A stretch of 57,305 nucleotides of DNA from contig DUMM01000118.1 in NCBI GenBank assembly GCA_012839845.1, positions 1 to 57,305 of the forward strand. The letters run 5' to 3'. A program made the translations under genes and the position numbers. This document shows, piece after piece, positions 7,552-16,448 of the stretch. The stretch comes from Bacillota bacterium. Lineage in GTDB: Bacteria > Bacillota > Limnochordia > DTU087. The number at the start of each line of letters is the position of its first letter. Position 1 is the stretch's first letter. The notes beneath the pieces are model-generated. The model was not told the origin of the DNA. It worked only from the letters and a program-made list of their open reading frames with translations, and did no database searches.

Positions 7552-8316
7552 CTATCTCATCAGTGATTCCCTCAGGAGCGCGGTAATACGTTTCTCCAAC
7601 CTTGATACCTGCCCTTGGGAAATTCCCAGTATCTCCGCTACTTGACTTTGAGTCCGCTCCTGTATAAAACGCAGGACAACAATAGCCCGGTCTCTGGGGG
7701 ACAGCCCCTCACATGCCTGTTTTAGGGCATAGTTTTCAAGCCAGGCTTCTGACTCCGGTTCCACCCCTAACCTGTCTTCTACATGGATGGCGCTTTCACT
7801 GTCTTCATGAACAATATCGTGGATGGACAGTATAGGGGCAACTGCCTCTAGGGCCTCTATCACTTCCTCCCGCTCCAAACCCAGTTCGTCTCCGATCTCC
7901 TTTGGGGTCGGCGCTCGTCCCAAACGCTGTTCCAAACTATCCCGCACTCTGATAACCGCCGCCGCCTTCTCCCGGAGAGTCCGCCCCAGCTTGATAGCTC
8001 CTTCTTCCCGAAGAAAACGGCGAATTTCACCCATGATCACCGGCACTGCATAGGTGGAGAACTGGACATTGAAAGAAAGGTCGAAATTGTCAATGGCTTT
8101 GACCAGTCCGATACAGGCTACCTGAAAGAGGTCATCAAATTCCGCTCTGCCGCTGAAGCGCTGGGCGATGGACAAGGCGAGGCGCAGGTTGGCCTCGATC
8201 AGCTGTTCCCTCGCCGCAGCGCAGCCTGCCTGAGCGGCGACCAAAAGGCTCTGGAATTCTTCGGGGGTCAAATTCGAAGCTGGAGGCAGTTGGATTTTGC
8301 CCGCAGGCTCTACCAT
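7552..8316 (-). CDS. sigF: Sporulation sigma factor sigma-F
   Basis: Sigma-70 regions 2-4 are present (DLFQVACIGLVKAIDNFD, ...QSQVAEILGISQGQVSRLEKR). It lies immediately downstream of spoIIAA-spoIIAB. Confidence 0.9.
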   Translation of the reverse strand: MVEPAGKIQLPPASNLTPEEFQSLLVAAQAGCAAAREQLIEANLRLALSIAQRFSGRAEFDDLFQVACIGLVKAIDNFDLSFNVQFSTYAVPVIMGEIRRFLREEGAIKLGRTLREKAAAVIRVRDSLEQRLGRAPTPKEIGDELGLEREEVIEALEAVAPILSIHDIVHEDSESAIHVEDRLGVEPESEAWLENYALKQACEGLSPRDRAIVVLRFIQERTQSQVAEILGISQGQVSRLEKRITALLRESLMR

Positions 8317-8328
8317 GGTGCTCTCCCC

Positions 8329-8772
8329 CTACGAATGCACTCGGGTCTGAGAAGGCGACTTGGCCATAAATACACAGGTTCCCTTACCTGGTTCCGAATC
8401 GATCACCAGTTCGTCCATATACTCCCGCACAAATACTAGACCCAGTCCCATCCGCTCTTCCGGTTCTGTTGTAAACGCCGGTTCCAGAGCCTGCTGGACG
8501 TTGGATATGCCGCGCCCCTCGTCCTTCACAGTGACTTCCAGTCGGTTGCCAGTCAGCCGGCAGATGACGGTGATCTCGCCCTCGGTACCTTTGTAGCCGT
8601 GAATCACTGCATTGGATACCGCTTCCGATACCGCAATCTTGATCTCATCCAATTCATCGAGGGTAAATTCCAGCTGTGATGCAAATAGAGCGACAGCTGT
8701 TCGGGCAAAACCGATGTTAGCGGCTTTACTGGGAAACCGCATTTCGACCATGTTTTCGATAGTTTCCATCAT
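8329..8772 (-). CDS. spoIIAB: Anti-sigma-F factor, serine kinase SpoIIAB
   Basis: HATPase_c motifs (EAVSNAVIHGY, DEGRGI, GLGLVF). 147 aa. 4-nt overlap with spoIIAA. Confidence 0.9.
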   Translation of the reverse strand: MMETIENMVEMRFPSKAANIGFARTAVALFASQLEFTLDELDEIKIAVSEAVSNAVIHGYKGTEGEITVICRLTGNRLEVTVKDEGRGISNVQQALEPAFTTEPEERMGLGLVFVREYMDELVIDSEPGKGTCVFMAKSPSQTRVHS

Positions 8773-9134
8773 CGCTTACCCCCAATCTGAGCCAGCGCCT
8801 GTTCTTCAGTATCAGCGAACTGCATGATCCGCTCCATGCCGGCCATTGTCAGCACCCTTCTCACCGGTTCCAGCGCTCTAAGGGCTATTACCTTTCCTGA
8901 GCGGGCTTGAATCTCCTTGTACCGTCCCAGCAGGACTGCAAGTCCGGAGCTATCAATGAAGCCGACTTTCTCCAAGTCCCAAATCAAGTGATTGACCTTG
9001 GCATTTGCTGCCAAGGCCGCGTCCACTCTCTCCTTAACCTCGGCTGCTGTAGCTAAATCCAACTCACCGTCTAGAGATACAATCAGCGCGTTTCTCTTTC
9101 TCCTGATCGCTATATCCACCCTGTGCCCCTCCAT
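8769..9134 (-). CDS. spoIIAA: Anti-sigma-F factor antagonist SpoIIAA (STAS domain)
   Basis: STAS motif GELDLATA...VGFIDSSGLAVLLG with the phosphorylatable Ser. It is the first gene of the spoIIA operon. Confidence 0.9.
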   Translation of the reverse strand: MEGHRVDIAIRRKRNALIVSLDGELDLATAAEVKERVDAALAANAKVNHLIWDLEKVGFIDSSGLAVLLGRYKEIQARSGKVIALRALEPVRRVLTMAGMERIMQFADTEEQALAQIGGKR

Positions 9135-9181
9135 ACCTTACTCCAGCTAACTAACCTAGAAATTGGCTGTTGATAGATTGT

Positions 9182-9223
9182 ATTTTCACACACATCTGAT
9201 AAATTCCTGCTTGACAGTTGACA
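9182..9223 (-). promoter_or_regulatory. Candidate sigma-H type spoIIA promoter with two tandem Spo0A-box-like repeats
   Basis: Minus strand reads TGTCAAC (9217-9223), TGTCAAG (9210-9216), AGGAATTT (9201-9208), a 13-nt spacer, then GAAAAT (9182-9187). Compare the sigma-H consensus AGGAWWT-N14-GAAT and the 0A box TGTCGAA. Confidence 0.45.
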
Positions 9224-9239
9224 TCTGCTTTGGGCATGA

Positions 9240-9267
9240 AAAGAAAAAGGAGCCCCAAAGCTCCTTG
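9240..9267 (-). terminator. Rho-independent terminator after dacF
   Basis: Minus strand reads AAGGAGC-TTTGGG-GCTCCTT followed by TTTCTTTTC. Confidence 0.7.
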
Positions 9268-9392
9268 AACACTAAAGCTTCTCGATGGATTTGCCGTCAT
9301 GCAGGCAGTATCACTGGCAGTACCGCGGATTCAACCTGCGGGTAGGTGGACTCACATGTGGGCTAACGGGCCAGGTGTGGTGAATCTCTGGC

Positions 9393-10646
9393 TTACAGAC
9401 CAGGAACGATACTTTGCAGCAGCCGTTTGGACATTCTCAGGAGCATCTGAAAGACGTTTGCTCGTTCGACATCAAAGTCAGCTGCCACATCTACTCTGGC
9501 TATCTCCTTGCCGTTGCGCTTGACTACCAGCTCACCGAGGACTTCGCCTTTGTGCAGCGGCGCGGCCAGCTCTTTCTTCCAATCTATTTCCCGGGTCAGC
9601 TCTCCGACGCTGCCGCGGGGCAGGCCGATGGTAAGATCTTCCACAGTGCTGACGGAGACCTTTTCCACTTTGCCCCATGAGACCACTGCCTCGCCCAGGG
9701 GTTCTCCTGCCCGGGCGATAGTCACCGGTTCGTAGGTGCGGAAACCGTAATCCAGCAAGGTTACAGTATCCTTTGTGCGGGCTTCCTTGGTGGGCGCTCC
9801 TAAGACTACTGAGATCAGGCGCATGCCGTCTCGTTCTGCCGTGGCTGCCAGGCAGTAACCGGCCTCGGATGTCATACCGGTCTTGATGCCGTCCAAGCCC
9901 GGGTATCCGTAGCGTCTGCCGGATTCCAGGACCCGGTCCAGCAGCTCATTGAGGGTATACAGGTGCGGCTTTCGCGTGGTGTCGGGTCGCATGGTGTATT
10001 CAGGAGTGGACACCATCTCCAACAAATGGGGGACCCGAACAGCGTGGCGGCATAAGACCGCCAGATCATAGGCAGAGGAGTGATGCTCCGCATCCATGCC
10101 TAGGGTTCGGGGAGGAAGACCGCTGGCATTGCTGAAAACCGTGTTTCTCATTCCCAATTCTTGAGCTTTGCGATTCATCTCCGCAGCGAAACTCGCTTCA
10201 GAACCTGCCAAGTATTCGGCTACGGCAACAGCGGCATCATTTGCCGACCCGACAGCGATGGCATAGAGCATATCTTTCATAGTCATCTGCTCGCCGACTT
10301 CCAGCCAGATCTGAGAACCCCCCATACCGGCAGCGTACTCGCTGGTGGTGACTAAATCTTCAAAGGACGCTTTACCGGCTTCAATCGCCTCTAGTGCCAG
10401 CACCAAGGTCATTATCTTGGTTATACTAGCCATGGGAAGGGGAAGATGCATGTCCTTTTCGTAAATCACTTCACCTGTCCTGGCCTCCATCAGGACTGCG
10501 GCTTTTGCTGATATGTTGAGCTGTTGGGCCTGGGCTGGCGCAGCACCAATGATAGGAAGGCAGAGTGCAACAATCAATATGATAGCAGCAGCTCTTTTCT
10601 GGATCAGCAGCAAGTGAATCCCTCCTCTGCCGTATGTCTTCTCCAT
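9393..10646 (-). CDS. dacF: D-alanyl-D-alanine carboxypeptidase (PBP5 family, DacF-like)
   Basis: SxxK (SITK), SGN-like (SNASG) and KTG (KTGMT) motifs, plus a signal peptide. It lies directly upstream of spoIIA as in Bacillus. ATG at 10646 follows GGAGG. Confidence 0.85.
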   Translation of the reverse strand: MEKTYGRGGIHLLLIQKRAAAIILIVALCLPIIGAAPAQAQQLNISAKAAVLMEARTGEVIYEKDMHLPLPMASITKIMTLVLALEAIEAGKASFEDLVTTSEYAAGMGGSQIWLEVGEQMTMKDMLYAIAVGSANDAAVAVAEYLAGSEASFAAEMNRKAQELGMRNTVFSNASGLPPRTLGMDAEHHSSAYDLAVLCRHAVRVPHLLEMVSTPEYTMRPDTTRKPHLYTLNELLDRVLESGRRYGYPGLDGIKTGMTSEAGYCLAATAERDGMRLISVVLGAPTKEARTKDTVTLLDYGFRTYEPVTIARAGEPLGEAVVSWGKVEKVSVSTVEDLTIGLPRGSVGELTREIDWKKELAAPLHKGEVLGELVVKRNGKEIARVDVAADFDVERANVFQMLLRMSKRLLQSIVPGL

Positions 10647-10671
10647 CACTTCCTCCGCTGCTACATTTCTA

Positions 10672-10699
10672 AGCTATGTCTTGCCCGCTGCGGTTATGC
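10672..10699 (-). promoter_or_regulatory. Possible forespore sigma (F/G) promoter for dacF
   Basis: Minus strand reads GCATA (10695-10699), a 16-nt spacer, then CATAGCT (10672-10678). The match to the consensus is only approximate. Confidence 0.25.
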
Positions 10700-10705
10700 C
10701 AGGAG

Positions 10706-12022
10706 TTACCTGGAAACACGAGCTAAGACTAGAGGAAGAGGTTGCGCGGGGCTCTCCCCTATCTGAATTGCCTCCTTCAGTTTAGCAGCAGCATTCTCAA
10801 CGGCGTCCTGACTAGGCCCATACACCCTGGCCGTTAGCTGTCCTACTTCTACCTTGTCACCTACCTTGACAAAAACCTCCAGCCCCGCACTTAGGTCGAT
10901 GTCGTCTTCTATCCGCTGCCGCCCAGCCCCCAGCTCCATGGCGATCAGACCAATAGTCTTGGTTGCGATGTGCGTTACATAACCGGACCTAGTGGCATGA
11001 ACTTCCAAACACACCGGTGCCTGAGGCAGAAGTTCCGGCTTCTCGATGACCCTTGCATCACCTCCCTGCGCCGCAATCATTCTGCGGAATTTCTCTATCG
11101 GAAGGTTCTGCTCCATGACTTCCAGCAGCAGCCGCCGGCCTTCTTCAGGAGTTCTTACCTTGTCTGCTTGAATTAGCATCTCAGCGCCTAGAGCTAAACA
11201 GAGCTCGGTTAAATCTTCAGGGCCCTTCCCCTGCAAGGTTGCGATAGCTTCCCGGACCTCCAGGGCATTCCCGACAGCATGGCCCAAAGGCTGATCCATG
11301 TTGGTGACCAAAGCAGTAGTCCGCCGGCCGGTCTTAACCCCGATATCTACCATGGTCTCGGCCAACAGTCTCGCCTTATCCAGGTCCTCCATGAACGCAC
11401 CGCTGCCCGTTTTTACATCAAGGACAATGCGGCTTGCGCCGGCGGCTATCTTTTTACTCATGATGGAGCTGGCGATCAAAGGGATGGAGTCCACAGTGGC
11501 AGTGACATCGCGGAGGGCGTAGAGTTTCTTGTCAGCCGGTACCAGATTGCCGGTCTGTCCCACGACCGCCAGTCCCGCCTCTTCAACTGCTTGTACAAAT
11601 TCAGCCCTGTTCAGGTCAACTCGAAATCCAGGGATGGAACTCAGCTTATCTATCGTGCCGCCCGTATGTCCGAGCCCTCGGCCGGACATTTTTGCTATTT
11701 TCACACCCGCTGCAGCGACCCAAGGAAGCAGAACTAGGGTGGTTTTGTCCCCTACTCCCCCGGTTGAGTGCTTATCAACCAGTTCATCTCCCAGCTCCGG
11801 CCAGGATAGCACCTCCCCGGAATTGACCATAGCCATGGTAAGTTCAGCAGTGGCCTCCGGACTTAAGCCGCGGAAGTAAACGGCCATACACCATGCCGCC
11901 ATTTGATAATCTGGTATGCGGCCCGCTGTGTATCCATCAATCAAGAAGCGGATTTCCTCCCGGGAAAGCTCAAGGCCGTCCCTGGTCTTGGTGATGATAT
12001 CATACACCCTCACGGTACTCAC
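10706..12022 (-). CDS. pdp: Pyrimidine-nucleoside (thymidine) phosphorylase
   Basis: [21 protein letters not shown] and a C-terminal PYNP domain. The start is ambiguous, with several GTG codons between 12007 and 12022. Confidence 0.9.
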   Translation of the reverse strand: MSTVRVYDIITKTRDGLELSREEIRFLIDGYTAGRIPDYQMAAWCMAVYFRGLSPEATAELTMAMVNSGEVLSWPELGDELVDKHSTGGVGDKTTLVLLPWVAAAGVKIAKMSGRGLGHTGGTIDKLSSIPGFRVDLNRAEFVQAVEEAGLAVVGQTGNLVPADKKLYALRDVTATVDSIPLIASSIMSKKIAAGASRIVLDVKTGSGAFMEDLDKARLLAETMVDIGVKTGRRTTALVTNMDQPLGHAVGNALEVREAIATLQGKGPEDLTELCLALGAEMLIQADKVRTPEEGRRLLLEVMEQNLPIEKFRRMIAAQGGDARVIEKPELLPQAPVCLEVHATRSGYVTHIATKTIGLIAMELGAGRQRIEDDIDLSAGLEVFVKVGDKVEVGQLTARVYGPSQDAVENAAAKLKEAIQIGESPAQPLPLVLARVSR

Positions 12023-13220
12023 CCTTTCCCTCTAGCCCCAGTTTAGGGGCTATAAGCGGCCAAAAACTGGTACCCGGCCCTTCCCAGGAGAGGCCGAAAA
12101 ACTCAGCGATGGATGCCGCTACATCGGCAAACGTTTGACGAACCCCTACGGGAATGCAGCTGGTTAAGCGGGTACTGGTAACCAGCAGAGGTACATATTC
12201 TCGTGAGTGATCTGTACTTGCGGTTGTCGGATCGCAGCCGTGATCGGCGGTGACTATTAGGACATCTCCAGGTGCCAGCTTCTCCAGAATAGGCCCTAGT
12301 TTGGCGTCCAATTCCTCCAGACCCTTTGCGTATCCCTGCACGTCATTTCTGTGTCCCCAAAGGGTGTCAAAATCCACGAAGTTGGCGAAGATAAGCCCCT
12401 CTTCCTGCAGCTCATCCATGGCATCCAGCACTGCCTGCTGCACCTCGCTGTTGCCGTGGGCCGAGAATGCCTTGGTTATTCCCCGACCAGCGAAAATATC
12501 AGAAATCTTGCCGATGCCGTAGACAGCAAAACCTGTTTCCGCCAGGCGGTCCAGCACCGTGGGTTTCACCGGCGGCAGGCTGAAATCCCGACGCCGGTCA
12601 GTCCTCTGAAAGGCACCGGGTTTCCCGATGAAAGGTCTAGCGATGACCCGTCCTACACCGTGTTCTCCCTGCAGCAGGCTCCTGGCTGTTTCACAGAGCT
12701 CATACAGCTTGTCCACGCTGATGATATCTTCGTGAGCTGCGATTTGAAACACACTGTCTGCTGAAGTGTATACTATGGGGAAACCGGTCTCCATATGTTT
12801 TTTTCCCAGTTCTTTGATGATCTCAGTACCCGACGCCGGCTTGTTCCCCAAAACTTTCGTGCCGATCCTCTCCTCAAAGGCCCTGATCACCTCAGCGGGA
12901 AATCCGTCGGGATAAACCGGGAAAGGCCTGTCCAGAATAACTCCCATCAGCTCCCAATGGCCGGTTGTTGTGTCCTTGCCGGGGGATCGCTCTGCCATTT
13001 TACCCCATGCTGCCCTGCAGTGTTTGTTGGGCTGCACCCCCTTAATGGGTACGATGTTGCCCAGTCCGAGTCTTTCCAAATTAGGCAGACGCAGCCCACC
13101 CACTGCCGCAGCTACATTGGGTAAAGTAGCACTTCCTACATCCCCGTAAGCTGCTGCATCAGGCAGCTCACCAACCCCTACACTGTCCAAGACTAAGACT
13201 ATAATCCTGCGCTTGTCCAT
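12000..13220 (-). CDS. deoB: Phosphopentomutase
   Basis: [17 protein letters not shown]..., [20 protein letters not shown] at 13220 lies 8 nt after AGGAGG. The ORF-track start is GTG 13229. Confidence 0.9.
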   Translation of the reverse strand: MDKRRIIVLVLDSVGVGELPDAAAYGDVGSATLPNVAAAVGGLRLPNLERLGLGNIVPIKGVQPNKHCRAAWGKMAERSPGKDTTTGHWELMGVILDRPFPVYPDGFPAEVIRAFEERIGTKVLGNKPASGTEIIKELGKKHMETGFPIVYTSADSVFQIAAHEDIISVDKLYELCETARSLLQGEHGVGRVIARPFIGKPGAFQRTDRRRDFSLPPVKPTVLDRLAETGFAVYGIGKISDIFAGRGITKAFSAHGNSEVQQAVLDAMDELQEEGLIFANFVDFDTLWGHRNDVQGYAKGLEELDAKLGPILEKLAPGDVLIVTADHGCDPTTASTDHSREYVPLLVTSTRLTSCIPVGVRQTFADVAASIAEFFGLSWEGPGTSFWPLIAPKLGLEGKGEYREGV

Positions 13221-13411
13221 CCTGAACACCTCCTGATCCCGCAGAAAACGCGGGTTTGGTGTCCTCCTCTCTACGTGTGCCGACAGCTCATCGCTCCATC
13301 GATGCTTTACAGTCTATTATGGCTCTAGAATCAGAACCCCTGCAGAGAACTGGACATACCGCTTGTTGCTGCACTACATGACTCTTGTAACACTTCTAGG
13401 CTGCGTGCCGC

Positions 13412-13675
13412 TTACCTGCTGATGAAACTGACGGGTTTTGCAGGACTCATCAAAAAGAAAAAAGCCGCAAGTGCTATCTGCGGCCTATTCGGCAGTCTGC
13501 AGCTTGAAGGAAGGAATTCCTCCAGCAGTAAGGGTGGTTCGGTTTGTCTCTTCTCAACCTTAGGCCAACCGCTAACTAACCAAAGAGCCAGGAGGATAAC
13601 CACTAAGATGATCAGCGGTTTAGCAACTGCCCGTATGCGCCTGCCCAATCCCCGCAAGGAGATTACCAAAATCAC
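13412..13675 (-). CDS. Questionable small membrane protein
   Basis: GTG start 6 nt after GGGGGA and one TM (KPLIILVVILLALWLVSGW). However, the reading frame runs through the terminator hairpin at 13450-13484. See findings. Confidence 0.25.
   Translation of the reverse strand: MILVISLRGLGRRIRAVAKPLIILVVILLALWLVSGWPKVEKRQTEPPLLLEEFLPSSCRLPNRPQIALAAFFFLMSPAKPVSFISR
13450..13484 (-). terminator. Rho-independent terminator downstream of spoIIM
   Basis: Minus strand reads GCCGCA-GATAGCACT-TGCGGC followed by TTTTTTCTTTTT. Confidence 0.7.
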
Positions 13676-13741
13676 CGCTTATCCCCCATTTCATCCCGAA
13701 TGTCTTGGCAAGCTGATGCTAAAGCTGCTGAGAGCAGTCTA

Positions 13742-14377
13742 CTAGAGGTAACGGGATGCAGTCTCGATCAATGTCGGCGTGACGAAAGCCTCCACAAGGG
13801 TTGATGCGCCCATTAGACCACACGCTCCAACTGTCAGCAGTGCGGTGCGGAAAAACTGCTGGTACATATTGATGTCCCGACGTCCCATCAGGGTGCGGAG
13901 AGCGGCCCATGAAAAACTCAAAGACGCGCCGCCGGCCAGGATTATGGCGGGAACGGCCAGGAGGTTATGGGGAACTACTGACACAACTGCTAGAGCAATA
14001 CCTTTGAAGACCATTTCTTCTACCATGAAACCCACAGTGAATCCCAAGACAAAGCCCCGCAAGAAGAGCAGTACAAGAACAAAGGGGGCTCCCAATACCG
14101 ACAACCCCAAGAGCCATACAAGTCCTACAGTTTTGGCGATGTTCTGGACGAAGGTTTGACGCACGGCCGCGGGTGAACCGGCAGCTTCAACCTGGGGTAT
14201 GGTTTCGAGGAAGGTCTGGATATAGCCTGTGAGGTCGCTTCGCTGCTGTGTATCTAGAGCCTTGACGGCAAAAGCCCCGCTGATGGTGCCCATCACAAAA
14301 ACCACAAGAGCAAACATATACACTGCAGGACGGCGGTGAAGATAGTGTTGAAAGGCTCCCGATACATGTCTGGCCAT
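13742..14377 (-). CDS. spoIIM: Stage II sporulation protein M
   Basis: About 210-aa polytopic membrane protein with a SpoIIM-like N-terminus (FQHYLHRRPAVYMFALVVFVMGTISGAF). ATG at 14377 lies 6 nt after GGGGGAGAG. Synteny matches Bacillus. Confidence 0.8.
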   Translation of the reverse strand: MARHVSGAFQHYLHRRPAVYMFALVVFVMGTISGAFAVKALDTQQRSDLTGYIQTFLETIPQVEAAGSPAAVRQTFVQNIAKTVGLVWLLGLSVLGAPFVLVLLFLRGFVLGFTVGFMVEEMVFKGIALAVVSVVPHNLLAVPAIILAGGASLSFSWAALRTLMGRRDINMYQQFFRTALLTVGACGLMGASTLVEAFVTPTLIETASRYL

Positions 14378-14425
14378 GAAGTTCTCTCCCCCTTGCCCCG
14401 ACTGCGGTCCCGTTCTTGTCACAGC

Positions 14426-14455
14426 ATCATTATGCGTTTCTGAAACGGTTTATGC
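14426..14455 (-). promoter_or_regulatory. Possible sporulation-sigma promoter for spoIIM, with an embedded 6-1-6 palindrome
   Basis: Minus strand reads GCATA (14451-14455), a 16-nt spacer, then CATAATGAT (14426-14434). The spacer contains CGTTTC-n-GAAACG (14435-14447). Confidence 0.25.
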
Positions 14456-14474
14456 TATGGTCTATGGTTGGGAC

Positions 14475-15074
14475 TTACAGGAGATGGGAAACATCATTGA
14501 CGCTGACTACTTCAAGATCTCGGACATCAGTACCCTGTACAAGACTGATGCCGCCGTTGTCCAGAAAATACCGGGGCTGACTGTGGCCTTCGATCCATGC
14601 CAATAATGCCCGCAAGAGCCCTCCGTGGGATACCACGATTCCCGTATCCCCAGGGTATTCGGTCAGTATCCGCTTAACGGCCTTGACACTTCTTTCTTGG
14701 AGCTCCGTCAATGCTTCGCCACCGCCGGGGGCTGTCGATACTGGGTCTTTGTGCACCTGCTGCCACTCTTCAGGATACAGATTCTGGATTTCAGTCCTGG
14801 TCAAACCCTCCCAGCGGCCGTAATTCCGCTCTCTCCACAGAGGACAGCTGATAACCGAAAGCCCCAATCTCTGTCCGATGACTGCCGCAGTATCTAGGGC
14901 CCGGCTGAGATCGCTGCTGATCAAGAAACTGGCTCCTACCCCGGCGAGACGTTCCGCCGCCCGCTGGGCTTGTTCCCGACCCTTTTCGGTCAGGGGTATG
15001 TCTGTCTGTCCTTGGTAGCGTTTATCTTGGTTCCAAGCAGTCTCGCCGTGCCTAACCAGATAAATGCGCGTCAT
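14475..15074 (-). CDS. Histidine phosphatase family protein (phosphoglycerate mutase / CobC-like)
   Basis: N-terminal LVRHGETAWN catalytic motif and a second His in VVSHGG. Confidence 0.85.
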   Translation of the reverse strand: MTRIYLVRHGETAWNQDKRYQGQTDIPLTEKGREQAQRAAERLAGVGASFLISSDLSRALDTAAVIGQRLGLSVISCPLWRERNYGRWEGLTRTEIQNLYPEEWQQVHKDPVSTAPGGGEALTELQERSVKAVKRILTEYPGDTGIVVSHGGLLRALLAWIEGHSQPRYFLDNGGISLVQGTDVRDLEVVSVNDVSHLL

Positions 15075-15088
15075 GTGCTGACTCTCCT

Positions 15089-16264
15089 TTACCGTTCCTG
15101 GTGTTTGACCCGACCGTAGCGGCCTCCGCCTCCTGCGGCCACGGCTAGGCGGCCTTCTCTGGCAGCAGCAATATTCTCTGCTATCTTAGGACCTACCACC
15201 TCTGCCAGGTCTTCAACGGACGCTTCATGGAGGATGGACATTTCCGTGCCGAAGGTTCCCAGCAGTCTTGTCAGGGTCTTCTTGCCGACACCGGGAATAA
15301 ACTCCAGGGGTACCTGGTGGATGTAAGGAGGACGTCTGTCAGGATGGACAGGTTCTTGTTCATCGGCGATGGCGGTGATGCGGTCCAGTACGCCGACTAC
15401 CACCTTGTTGCTGCCGCACTTCGGACATTGACCCACAGGCGGCGGGCCCTCCACCACTGCCTCACATTGGAGGCAAAAAGTGCGGTGGTACTTTCCCAAA
15501 CGGGGATCCAGTCCATAGTTGGCCAGAATGCGGTTTTCCGGATCGCCGGCCAATGACCTGCAAAGATGAGCAAAGTCAGGCTTTGCCAGCTCCAGCTTAT
15601 TGTATTCCCGAGCAATTTTGGGAAGGGAATGGGCATCGGAATTGCTCAGGAACTGTACGCTGGCAAGCTCGTGGAGCATATCCGCAAGGTACGTATCAGC
15701 ACTTAGACCAAGCTCCAAAGCGGAAAATTCAAGACCGAGTTCGGCAATACGGTTTACGCAACTTCCGTAAACGCTCTTGAAGGGGGTAAAGGCGTGGGCA
15801 GGCAGGAAGATCCCCCCAAGCTCGTTTATCACAAAATCATGGACTTGGTGGGTCTCTAGATCTGCCCGTTGGCAGCTGAGGGATATGTTGGTGACTGCTC
15901 GAGACAGGAACCTGCTCAACTCCTCCATGGCTTCAAAGGTCGGGGTAAAGGCCAAGAAGTGGGCATTTCCCCCTCGAGGTCCCGGGAGTTCAATCTCTGC
16001 TCCCAGCAGCAAGGTTACCTTTCCTCGGTAATCCAAACCTCCCCCTGGAAGGGCTGTCAGTTCGCCCTGTTCCAACAGGAGCCGCAGGTCATCCAATACA
16101 GGCGGGGAAGCACAGTCGACTATGCCGGCCATCTGTATTCCTTTGCGTTCTACGCACTCCTTGAGGATTCTGTCTACCGTCAAGTCAGACGATGCGGTGA
16201 TTTTGACAGGGGCTCCGCATCCTGCCCGGCCAATGTGGATGTGTAGGTCAGCAAAAAGGATCAA
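15089..16264 (-). CDS. Endonuclease Q-like protein (TIGR00375 family; PHP-like domain, Zn-ribbon, helix-hairpin-helix)
   Basis: ADLHIHIGRA metal site, CxxC...CxxC (CLQCEAV...CPKCGS), and an HhH motif (IPGVGKKTLTRLL). TTG start at 16264. Confidence 0.7.
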   Translation of the reverse strand: MILFADLHIHIGRAGCGAPVKITASSDLTVDRILKECVERKGIQMAGIVDCASPPVLDDLRLLLEQGELTALPGGGLDYRGKVTLLLGAEIELPGPRGGNAHFLAFTPTFEAMEELSRFLSRAVTNISLSCQRADLETHQVHDFVINELGGIFLPAHAFTPFKSVYGSCVNRIAELGLEFSALELGLSADTYLADMLHELASVQFLSNSDAHSLPKIAREYNKLELAKPDFAHLCRSLAGDPENRILANYGLDPRLGKYHRTFCLQCEAVVEGPPPVGQCPKCGSNKVVVGVLDRITAIADEQEPVHPDRRPPYIHQVPLEFIPGVGKKTLTRLLGTFGTEMSILHEASVEDLAEVVGPKIAENIAAAREGRLAVAAGGGGRYGRVKHQER

Positions 16265-16343
16265 CAGTAATACCCCCTGATTTCCAACAGGGCTGCAGCG
16301 TGAGTCCCCTGTTCCTTTCTATATTACACCTCCTGCAAAATAC

Positions 16344-16390
16344 CAAAAAGGCGCCGCCCCTGTCAAGGCGGGGTTCACGGTGAACCCCAC
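16344..16390 (-). terminator. Terminator-like tandem hairpins after the DUF3866 gene
   Basis: Minus strand has the perfect palindrome GGGGTTCACCGTGAACCCC, then CCGCC-TTGACAGG-GGCGG-CGCC, followed by TTTTTGG. Confidence 0.55.
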
Positions 16391-16448
16391 AGCAGGGGGA
16401 CGCCACTTCCCGAGAGTGCTCTTTCAGTTGTTCCTTTCTTCTTGTGTT

